Shown: piece by piece, positions 52,690-62,987 of the stretch | Layout of the letters: every line of letters starts with the position of its first letter | How positions within the stretch are numbered: the first letter of the stretch is position 1 | Assembly: GCA_964016885.1 (NCBI GenBank) | Contig: OZ024743.1 | Span: 324,880,001 to 324,944,000, forward strand | DNA length: 64,000 bases | Direction: 5' to 3' | Source of the DNA: Eledone cirrhosa | Lineage: Eukaryota | Position numbers and translations under genes: made by a program | Notes under the pieces: model-generated | Database searches by the model: none | What the model was told of the DNA's origin: nothing | What the model saw: the letters and a program-made list of their open reading frames with translations, nothing else

Positions 52690-54180
52690 CTCTGAGCATT
52701 AATGACGTCATCAAGTTGGAAGTTGACCTGGATCTGAATGTCTGGTATCTGTATGATGCTTGCTTGGGAGGTCCTCCAGACAAGGTCCTTTCAACTGCGA
52801 AGTCGATAATTGGGGAGCTTCACGTCAACATTTCCTTAACCACCCAGCTTCACATCAAGAGACTGTTGACCTGTTCACAGAGTCTTACCCCTCCATCGGC
52901 GTGGTGTTCCCTTGGGGCCCCAGTTACTGACCAAGCCTTCGAGTCCATCTTTCAATCTAAGTTGGCTAACTTCAAGCAACTTTTAAAAAATCTCGAAGCC
53001 TCACTGAGGTATTTTTATTCTCCGGAATTATCTGTCAATCCCTAAGTTGTATTTCCTTAGAGTTAATCCCTCTTACAAATTCTCGTCATCTCACTTCGAC
53101 GATCTAATATTCAGTGAGCTCGAGGGTTTGGTCAATGTCCGACTCCCACAACCAAGCTGCCTTACCCAAACGGTTTGGAGGTCTCGGTTTAACTAAGTGT
53201 ACATCTTTGTCCCTACCTTGCTTTCTTTCCTCCATCCACGCCTGCTCCCCTTTGGTGGGTGACATCCTCCCCTCCCAACTTGGACTAGTTCCACCAGGGA
53301 GTTGGATGAAGCTTTACCTCAGTGGAGCGAGATGGGTTTGTCAGTCCCAGTTACTAATGAGGATAGACTGAAGCAGAGAGTATGGGACAATCTGCGTTCG
53401 AGAGAAACTTTCAACTCTCTCTTTGATCTTTCCGATCAATTTTCTAGGTGTCGCTTACTTTCTGCTAGCGCAAAGTTTTCGGGGGGACTGGATTGATGCC
53501 CTGCCTGTGGCCAACATTGGTGGCCTTCTCAGTCAGGACGAACTCCGACGTCTGTGGGGGTTCTGAGATGCTGCTGTGGTAGGTCCCTCGACTCCACATG
53601 TTTACATGGTTTGTCCTGCCGCCTGAATGCTGGTCGTTTTGCTCGTCACACCGAGCGAAACTTGATCATCAAATGGGCCCTGGCTAGGGTAAATATCCCC
53701 ACAGTTCTGAAGCCGGCTGGTTTATCCAGAAATGATGGGAAGAGACCAGACGGTCTTACCCTTTGTCCCTAGGTGAGAGGTAGGTGTCTCATCTGGGACG
53801 TCACTGTCAGTGACTCTTTCCCTCCTCCCGTATCATCGACGCCACGGTAAATGTGTGTGTGAGGGGGGGGGGGGGTCACTGCTTCCGCTGCCGAACGGAA
53901 TAAAATTCGGAAATACTAGGACTTATCAAATAATAATTTTTTCCAGCCTGTAGCGTTTGAGATGTTCGGTGGAGTTGGGCCGCTGACAGCGAAGTTCTTG
54001 TCTTCACTGGCGGCGGCTCACCTTACTGAGATGTCAGGTGATGCCCGTGACGGTGCCTGGTTATTTCAGCGCCTTAGCCTCGCCATCATCCGTGTTGGCT
54101 TGCCTGAAAGTGTGCAGTTAACCCCAAGGTGTCAGGTGCGGCCGATTATCACACTTGGTGGTGAATTGCACCCCACCTTT
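52690..54180 (+). mobile_element. CRE-like non-LTR retrotransposon with restriction-like endonuclease (decayed); partial copies at 48952-49316(+) and 51857-52030(+)
   Basis: NVWYLYDACLGG (YLDD-derived), LPKRFGGLGL, CCHC knuckle CCCG..HGLSC, RH, DGKRPDG..WDVT, FQRLSLAI. Confidence 0.85.
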
Positions 54181-55355
54181 TCCTTTATCATTTTTGTTCA
54201 TGAATTTACATTATTGTTATTATACACGATTCAGACATATTTGTCCTGAACGAATTGCGAGCAATTTATAAAGTTATTTACACATCTGTAATGTTATTTA
54301 TGTACATATTTAAAACATATTTGCAACGTTATTCTACTGTAAATTCATACAATTCTATACGAATTATAAATAATTTGTAACGTTATTTATACAACTGTGA
54401 ATAATAAATAAAAAAAAAATTATCAAGGGACGGGGATGAATAATTTTCATTAAACACCAACAATTGAAAATTCCTCTCGCACGTATTTGGAGAGTTTTAG
54501 CATGTTGATTGTTTCTTTTTACGGTGGCAGTATCAGTAGAGGGTCGGACGCCATGCTTTCCAGCATAGTTACGTCCCTTTACGATCTGAGTTCAAATCCC
54601 GCCGAGGTTGACTTTGCCTTTCATCCTTACGGGGTCGATAAAATAAAGTACCAGTAATACACTGGATAATTGCTGGCCTTGTGCCTAAAGTAGAAACAAT
54701 TATTAACGGCAGTTTTGGACACTCTTTTGTTTTTATACTACTTGTTTGTTTGTTTTTTGTTTCTTTTTCGAAAATTTCTTGCGGATTTTTACAGCTAAAC
54801 ACTATATTTTTAATCAAAGATACTGATGAAAGATTTTTAGATAAATAAAAACACTTTAAATTAAACAGATACGTATCATAGAATCAGGAATAGTTTGGTA
54901 TCCGAAGGGTTAACACCAACCCTAATAAGGATTAAGAAGGCGTACTTTTTTTTTTTTTTCCCCCAGAATTGTAATCTATGTTCAAAGGTCCGAAGTCATC
55001 ATCATCAGTTAACGTATATTTTCCGTGCTTGCATGGGCTGTCACTAGGTGGTCATATCTTGCTCATACGTTCTTCTTTTGATTTGGTTTCTATGGCTGGA
55101 TACCCTTCTAAAAGTAAACCACTTCACATGTACTGGGAACATTTCATGACACATTCTCTACCATTGTACAGAGCATTTTATGATGTAACCAGCACTACCA
55201 ACTTACAGAGTGGGCTGGGCATATTTTATAGTGGCACCAGCACTACGACTATTACAACGCTATATTCTAAAAACAATAAACAAAGCATAAAAACAAAACT
55301 TTTATGAGGCTGGGTGCAGCTTCTAAAATTGAAATTAATATCTTAATTCTACCCG

Positions 55356-55358
<3 letters not shown>

Positions 55359-55441
<83 letters not shown>
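55359..55441. repeat. (TA)n microsatellite just inside DNALI1 intron 1; (CA)n at 27093-27180
   Basis: Read directly from the sequence. Confidence 0.97.
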
Positions 55442-55443
<2 letters not shown>

Positions 55444-55451
55444 TGTCTTAC

Positions 55452-55532
55452 CCGTGGTGTCTTTTTATCTGTATGACGACTAACTAATACAGCACTGTCA
55501 TATTTCACTAAGGATGCATTTGGTGGTATCAT
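55452..55532 (-). CDS. DNALI1: Axonemal dynein light intermediate chain (p28), coding exon 1: MIPPNASLVKYDSAVLVSRHTDKKTPR
   Basis: ATG at 55532-55530; 81 nt, phase-0 GTAAG donor; matches the p28 N-terminus (human MIPPADSLLKYDTPVLVSRNTEKRSPK). Confidence 0.93.
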
Positions 55533-55561
55533 GTTTGTTGTTACTGGCGGCAGTGCTTAGT

Positions 55562-55585
55562 TGTTTACTATGTTGCCATAGCAAC
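55562..55585. promoter_or_regulatory. RFX X-box (GTTGCCATAGCAAC, 55572-55585) plus forkhead/FOXJ1-type site (TGTTTAC, 55562-55568)
   Basis: Near-perfect palindromic X-box 40 bp upstream of the ATG of a motile-cilia gene, with a forkhead core 3 bp away. Confidence 0.85.
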
Positions 55586-56654
55586 TTAACTAACTTTTCG
55601 CGGAACATCAAAAGTAGAGAAAAAGTAACGAACATAAATATTTTCAATAATCAGTTTGATTAAATAATTATAATTTATTCCTTCAAAATGACGTTAGCAC
55701 TGTGTTGATATATCAATATATATCTATGTATGTATATTTAACTACACGACTCGACAGGCTAAACTGTAAATGATGTTATGTGAGTATTTTCTGCGGAACT
55801 ATTAATATGGCGTACCTTATACCCTCGTGGTGTTTTCAAACAGTATTTATTTAATGAAACTGGTAATTTATTTATAATCATTCACAAATTTCTGTAATCT
55901 TATCATAATGAAACATCTATGTTTACGTGCATTCTTTTTAATTCATATTTTCGTTTGTGCATGTATATAACTTATCTGTCGCTAAATTAATTGCTAAACG
56001 GAAATAGAAATTGCGTAATTATGTTGTTTCATCAGTTGTCGAGTTATTGTACTTTTTTCTTATTCAATTCAATAGTATATAATTTATTTTGACGATATAG
56101 ACATAATCACTTTTAGAATAAAACTCGTTTGTTAAAAAAAAAATCTATATGGTGTATATAGGTTGAACATAACAATGTTGCGATATTAAGGAATATAGTA
56201 CTAATTAAATGTTATCACACAGGCAGAAATAAACGACAAAAGTTAATTATTTATTCAATAAGAATGAGTCTAATTAATGCTAATTTGACTTTCTTTCTCG
56301 CACCTGCTATCCAATTAATTAGTTATTGTATTATGACAATCTTGATTTTTTTCTTTTCTTTCGCGGGATTCAAGATAGCATAACTCTTGTTTGAAACGTG
56401 GTCAAAATACTATGACAGATGTAAAAGTAACAAGTGCCCTTTTTCCATATCTTATCTCTTGATATAATTAACTCTTTAGCAGTGGCTCCCAAACTTATTA
56501 GTCGGAGAATCCTTCTACGATTTTCCAAAATTCGTAGAACTCGTTCTTATATTTTATGATACACTTCACCACACACAAATTTTAATAACATTAAATGAAG
56601 CAAAATTTCTTTTAGAAAAATAAATTATTCGCATGCATATATACACACACACAC

Positions 56655-56714
<60 letters not shown>

Positions 56715-56747
56715 AACTGTTTACTTGTAAGCATTCTATTGAAATAT

Positions 56748-56880
56748 ATACAGGGGACTGCAAAAGTAGGTATATAGTAATGAGAAAATAAAACGTGGGC
56801 ACAAAACGTATTTTATTGATTATACAAACGTATCACTAATAAATCCTTATAGTATACCTACTTTTGCAGCCCCTTGTATA
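56748..56880. mobile_element. Tc1/mariner-type MITE
   Basis: TA-flanked ~28-bp TIRs CAGGGGACTGCAAAAGTAGGTATA and TATACCTACTTTTGCAGCCCCTTG. Confidence 0.75.
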
Positions 56881-57274
56881 TATATAGGAAGAGGCTATGT
56901 AGCCGGTAAGAGTGTCAGACACCATGAGTTGCTGTGCTAGTTAAGACAATTTGAAATCTTTTCCACCAGCAATTGTTAAAAAACAAGTTAAGATCATTTA
57001 GTCGCCCATTCGTAACGTACGTCACGCTTTAGTTACATACACACACATCTACACGTAAATATATAAACAGTTACAGACAACAGAAGGAAAGGGCTGATGA
57101 AACGCTATAGCGATGTGTGTTGCATCCCTTTAGGGTTTACCTACTACATATCCCATTCGTTATATATATGTATGTGTGTGCGTGTGTGTAAAAGGTAAAC
57201 ATAAATAACAACACAATCGGTACAGTATATGGAAGGAATATATTAGGTTAACGGTTGAAATAGCAGGAAGAGGG

Positions 57275-57310
57275 TCTTAACGTTTCGGACGCTAGTCCGT
57301 CATCAAAAGA
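57275..57310 (-). ncRNA. Minimal hammerhead with C3U change; degenerate relative on + at ~15384-15414
   Basis: TCTT-TTGATGA-C-GGAC-TAGC-GTCC-GAAAC-GTT^AAGA; the 15384 copy shares the downstream flank (CTATTTC...CGTTAA.CTAATA). Confidence 0.65.
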
Positions 57311-57920
57311 AAGAATAAGAAATTGAATAGATTGAAGGGACGGGCGGGTTGTAATTGGAAAAAATGTTTTTAGATAAAAATAACAGGTCCATTCATGTTG
57401 CCATCTCTTTATATATATAGAGAGAATTAGTATATTTACCAACATATGCGTACAGATGTACACTAATGCTAGCAAATACATAAGTTATGTCATAGTACCT
57501 AGGTGGTTCTATGCAGGGGGATGCAGAACAATTATATGAAAGACGTAAAATAAGAAAATTTTAAAAATTAAAAATTAACTTACTAAATTTTAGTAAGTTA
57601 ATTTTTAATTTTTAAAATTTTCTTATTTTACGTCTTTCATCATCATCATCATCATCAACGTTTAACGTCCGTGTTCCACGCTTGCATGGGTTTGGACGGG
57701 GGTAGTCCCACTTGAGGCAAGAGTGATTGTCTTGCTCGCATAGGACTGTCTGGCAGGTTTTCTACAGTTGGATGCCCTTCCTAACACCAACCACATTTAC
57801 AGTGTGGGTCTGGGAGGTTTTTACCGTGTTGCCTACACGGCCACATTACAGCGTGGACTGTGTGTTTTTTTGTCGTGACACCTACACGATCTCACGACAA
57901 AATATATATATATATATATC

Positions 57921-58157
57921 TAAGGCGGGTAAAATTCCCGAGATCCATGGACGTGTTCTCTCCATCGGTCTCTGTCCCACATTATCGCTGCCATGTCCTG
58001 CGTCTCCAACAGACCAGTGTCTGTCCATCAACATACGTGACACAGAGGAGACTGGGGTTAGCTGGACATGCTCACCGACATCCAGAGTTGACATTGCACT
58101 CAGTGCTCCTTTGGGAGCCCCTACATGGACACACTAGAAGAGGAAGACCAAGGTTAA

Positions 58158-58160
<3 letters not shown>
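57921..58160 (+). mobile_element. Fragment of another RTE-type LINE between (TA)n runs
   Basis: RRLGLAGHAHRHPE..VLLWEPLHGHTRRGRPRLT. Confidence 0.75.
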
Positions 58161-58206
<46 letters not shown>

Positions 58207-58784
58207 AAACAGGTTTACTTCAATAAAATGCTTGCAAGTAAACAGTTACCATTTATTATTTTTTTTAATGTGGGAGAAGACACGTATACTCAATCACTTA
58301 CTACAAGGGGCGCTGGTGTTTCTTTCTAATATTTTTTTAGGCAAGCCAGCACACTCGCATCATTGCTGCAAGTGATAAGGGGACTAAGACAAGATAATCA
58401 AGCACCCTCCCGAGTATCTGATACATTGGCGTTGCCAGTTTCCAACAATAAGATCCTCATTTATTTATTAATAATATATGTAGAAAGAAAGAAATATGAT
58501 AAATGTTATTAAAATAAACACTTTATCTTGCAAGATTCATTTTGGGAAACACATTTTTGTGGTTAGTTTGGTTTTCAAATTTGGTACCTGTTAAATATTG
58601 GCCATAAATCTCCGGTTTCTCACTGCAGATTGGAAAAAGAAACTTCATATTTCTGATATATTTTTTATTTCTCAGTTGTTGATATCATCTCCCCATCTGT
58701 GAGAAAAAGTAGGCTCTTCACTTGAGTCAATGACTAACAACCCCTCTTTTTGTTCTATTGAAATCATCAAGACAGTCCTTTTTG

Positions 58785-58834
58785 GACTTTCCTGATGATT
58801 TCAACTGAATGAAACTGCTAGTTCTGTAGAAGTC
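58785..58834 (+). ncRNA. Hammerhead of the same family as 32870, partly decayed
   Basis: GACTTTC-CTGATGA-TTTCAACTGAAT-GAAAC..GTA^GAAGTC; 3' flank resembles that of the 32870 copy. Confidence 0.6.
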
Positions 58835-60279
58835 ATTTCCATCTAAAAATTTGTATATATATATATGAATATGTTTTGCTCAGTTCTGTATGAGCAAGAC
58901 ATGGTCACCTGACTTGGCATTTCTCACAACTGGACAACTCGTCTAACATATGCTAGTGTGGAAAAATGAAAGTTAAACAGTGATGATGATGAAACATATT
59001 TACATATATAATCATTTTACATTGACTTTTCCAGGCTTGCATGGGTTGAACAAGTTTTTTCCAGCACAGCACCCCTTCACTTATTGCCATCCTTCGTCAT
59101 CACTTCTGTGTGCTTCAGCGATTTGAGATCAGCTTTCACAACTTCCTTGGTCTCTCTCTGCTGCAGCTTTCTTCCACTGAGAATTCTGGACACTTCACCA
59201 CACAATCATCATCCATATGCATTACATGTCCATACCAGCATAGTTTTCTTTCCTACACATTCCTCTTATGCACAACTTTCTCTCAGCACATCTATGCTTT
59301 GTCTTTCATGCTTATTAGCATTGTACATTCATTGAAGCATGCTTGATTCATTTTTCTCTTCATACATCCTCTGCATTTACTGCCTATGTCTCACTACCAT
59401 GCAACATCACACATCACACACAGGCATCATAAAACTGGCTTTCATTTGTAGAGAGTAACCTTTTGTAGCTCCCTGAACTTTTTACATTCCCTCCTTATTC
59501 TAGCTACAAAATAGCTATAAAATAAAGTACCAGTAATTGCTGGCCTTGTGCCAAAAGTAGAAATAATTATTTTCTCAGAGCAACCTTCTCCTTTGCTAAT
59601 TATATCATCTAGGTAACAAAAGCTATCAACTACTTCTATGGATCGTTCTTGGGATTGGAAAAAAATTATTTCACTGACACTTCTACCACTAAGTATCCCT
59701 GTATATTTGCTATATATAAAATCTACCGTTTCTGTTAGTCTGTCTCTATCACATTACGTTTTTCATATACCCAAGATTTACATTGTGTACATTGGATAAA
59801 GTTTAATCACAATGTGCAAGGCCACTTCCCAGAAGGGATATCAGGGCTTCGTCTCCTTACTCACTAAGACTTTAGTTTTTCCCCAAGTTTACTCTTAAGT
59901 CCTTTTGATTCTAATTTATATATATCATTTTTAATTGAATTATTAGGCAATTTTTTAAAGTATTGTACACACAGCCATAAAAAAACCATGCCAAATATGG
60001 AATGTAATGAGAAAGTTTAGTCTTTCCATCAGGTCTTGGCCTGTGACCACCTGTCCAACTCATACCAGTCTGGAATTGTAGCCCCCCCCCCTCCCTAAAA
60101 ATAATTATTTCTACTTTTGGCACAAAGCCAGCAATTACTGGTACTTTATTTTATCGACCTCATAAGGATGAAAAGCAAAGTTAACCTCGGTGGGATGCTG
60201 TTGATAATTAAATCTGCTTCCTATGCCATATTTTATATTTCTCTTTTATTTAATATTCATTTGTTTATTTTATAGGAAA

Positions 60280-60435
60280 ATGAAGAACCTTAAATTATTA
60301 CACTGCTCCCAGACTGAGGAAGTGAAATCATTCTTGAAAGACACAGTTTGTATAACAACTGACTGTGACACAGGACATGTATTCTGTGCTACCAAACATG
60401 GAGATCTTGTACAAATAGATTCCAACCAAAAAAAG
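60280..60435 (+). CDS. ELP1: Elongator complex protein 1, first coding exon: MKNLKLLHCSQTEEVKSFLKDTVCITTDCDTGHVFCATKHGDLVQIDSNQKK
   Basis: MKNLKL matches the ELP1 start MRNLKL; polypyrimidine tract and TAG acceptor 4 nt before the ATG imply an upstream non-coding exon; phase-0 GTAAA donor. Confidence 0.85.
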
Positions 60436-60670
60436 GTAAATTATACTCCTCACTGATATGTGTGTGTGTGTAAAGGAATTCTACTTGTTTCAGTTTTAAT
60501 TTAAATATAAACACTTTGAAACAAAGAGTTTTGAATGATAGAACAATGGGTGGTTTGGTGCCTGAAGGATTAAACAGTAATGTTCAAATCCACAACAGCA
60601 TAAAAATGACCATGATGTATGTATTATTTATCATTTTTGTTAATTCCCAACTTTTCCTGTTATATTACAG

Positions 60671-60817
60671 TTCCTTAATGCTGTGAACCTGGTCTGTGAA
60701 GGTCACCTGTCGAGTGAACAAAGTGTTACCTACCTACAACACCTACCAGAACAACAAAGTGTGTGTGCTGTCACAAACAGTGGAAGTATTCTTTTATGGT
60801 TTTATTTGGAACAACTG
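60671..60817 (+). CDS. ELP1: ELP1 coding exon 2: FLNAVNLVCEGHLSSEQSVTYLQHLPEQQSVCAVTNSGSILLWFYLEQL
   Basis: CAG/GTAAA sites, 147 nt in frame; similar to human VSLVAEGFL...LLDQESVCVATASGDVIL. Confidence 0.88.
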
Positions 60818-61276
60818 GTAAATTAATCTTCACTCATTTATTTCTGATTTCATTGTCATTAAAACCCTTTAGCATTTACATTACTCTATATATACTATTG
60901 TTTTTAACGATAAAGGCTTTACTTCATAATATTGAATCTATGAGATATTGTTATTATTTATTTTGACAACAATACCTTAACATCAGTATGATTAGCCATT
61001 TATGGACGGTTTGAACAGAAAGAGGTGAGAGAATTCTGGCCAGATACAGCCGGTTTAAATGCTAAAGGGTTAAGTGATACTATAAAGTGGTCATGTATTA
61101 TGGCATATCACAAATCAGCCCGATGCTGTGTCATATTATGACATATCACCGGTCAGCTCAGTCTTGTGTTATGTATTATGGCATATCGCCCAGTCATGTA
61201 TTATGACATTTCACTCGTCAGCTCAGTTCTATGTCATATATTATGATATATCACCAGTCAGCTCAGTCCTGTATCA

Positions 61277-61862
61277 ATGGGAGGTCGAGTACTCTGTATT
61301 ACTGCGTGACGCCAGAAGTCACGGTCGTGTGTCATTGTCTTTGAGAGGTGTAATTGGGTAAGGTCGGCTTTTATCACCTCATCCCAGGTCATCTTGGGTC
61401 TCCCCACCGCGGAGTGGGGAGACCCAAGATGACCTGGGATGAGGTGATAAAAGCCGACCTTACCCAATTACACCTCTCAAAGACAATGACACACGACCGT
61501 GACTTCTGGCGTCACGCAGTAATACAGAGTACCCGACCTCCCATGGGTACAAGCTGAAGCATATAAACAATATGCCCCCACACCCCCCACCGCAAGGTGG
61601 TCGTGGAGGTGCCACGGCAAAAAAGCACCCAGCCCACACTGTAAAGTGGACGTGTAGGCGCCACGAAAAAGCACCCAGCACTCACTGTAAATGAGGTTGG
61701 TGTTAGGAAGGGCATCCAGCTGTAGAAATCAAGCCAGATCAGTTCCTGTATGAGCTAGGCATGGTCAACCGACCAGACACTGCCCACAACAGGACAACCC
61801 GTCTAACCCATGCTAGCGTGGAAGAACGGACGTAAAACGGTGGTGATGATGATGATGATGAT
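61277..61862 (+). mobile_element. RTE 3' fragment with a fold-back (palindromic) 5' end
   Basis: GVGRPKMTWDEVIKADL... on both strands; 3'UTR and (GAT)n tail at ~61840-61862. Confidence 0.88.
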
Positions 61863-62905
61863 CACAAGTAAACTCAGTCCTGTGTCATGTATTATGACAT
61901 ATCACCGGTCAGCTCAGTCTTGTGTTATGTATTATGGCATATCCCCACTCATGTGTCACTTCTTTTGTTATACACACAAATTATCTCATAAGTTAAAATT
62001 AGGACAACTGCAACACTGATTTGATGCCTGAATACTAGAGTTTTCTATTTCTCATATTTTTCAGGCTTACAGGTGTAACTCCACTTTCCTATTACCTTGG
62101 ACTAAACAATATTACACTAGTTGTGTTCTGAATATATATTTATAGCCAGAATCAGTTCCCATCCCACCCTTGCAAGCAGGGAAAAATGGACGTAAAATGA
62201 TGATGATGATGATGATGATGATAGTCCAACCCTTGCTAACAGTAAAATCAGACATTAAATGATGATGAGTTAATGTTGGTGCTATGAAAAAAATGCACCC
62301 AGTACACCTTATAAAGTGTTAGTGTTGGTGGGGCTATGAAAAGTGCATCTAGTACACTGTGTATAGTCATAGTGGTGGTGTCATGAAAAAATGAACCAAG
62401 TGCACCTGTAAGGTGGATGACATTAAAAGAGTCATCCAGCTGTAGAAATCATGCCAAATATGGAATGTATGGGCAAGACAAGTTGCTCTGAGCTGTCTGA
62501 TCTTGGAATGTGACAACCTGTCCATTCCATGCCAGCCTAGGAAAGGGATGTAAAATGGGGACGATTATTTCTCCTCTTATATCATTATCATCGTTTAACA
62601 TCTACTCTCTGATAGCCAGGATTAGGTGTGTCTATATAGACCAAGTCAGTACTGAAGTGGGACAACGGACCTCAGAGAGGCCAAGAGGCTCTGCATCTCA
62701 CTTACTTACGGTCATACGTTCTTTTGAGTGCAGAGGAAAAGTTATGTCTTTTGACACAAATTGAAGGGTCCTCCCAACCCCTTGTTTGGCAAGCTTTCTA
62801 CAGCTGAATAACCTTCATAACTATATTATTCACAATTATCCACACCTGAACTCTTTGTTAATCATTGGTATTGAAAGTTAAATCTCAAAGTTTTATTTCA
62901 CATAG

Positions 62906-62987
62906 GTTGAATGTGTTGGTGATGTTGAAGATGGGATTATAGGTTCTGCTTGGAGTCCTGATCAAGAACTGTTAGTTGTTATTTCAG
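62906..62987 (+). CDS. ELP1: ELP1 coding exon 3: VECVGDVEDGIIGSAWSPDQELLVVIS(G); gene continues beyond the window
   Basis: TAG/GTATG sites, 82 nt; diagnostic ECVG...WSPDQEL motif of the ELP1/IKI3 beta-propeller. Confidence 0.93.

Noticed and set aside
57088-57132. CTGATGA with flanking stems (AAGGG/CCCTT, CGCTATAGCG)
   Set aside because: No GAAA after the putative helix II, so the hammerhead core is incomplete
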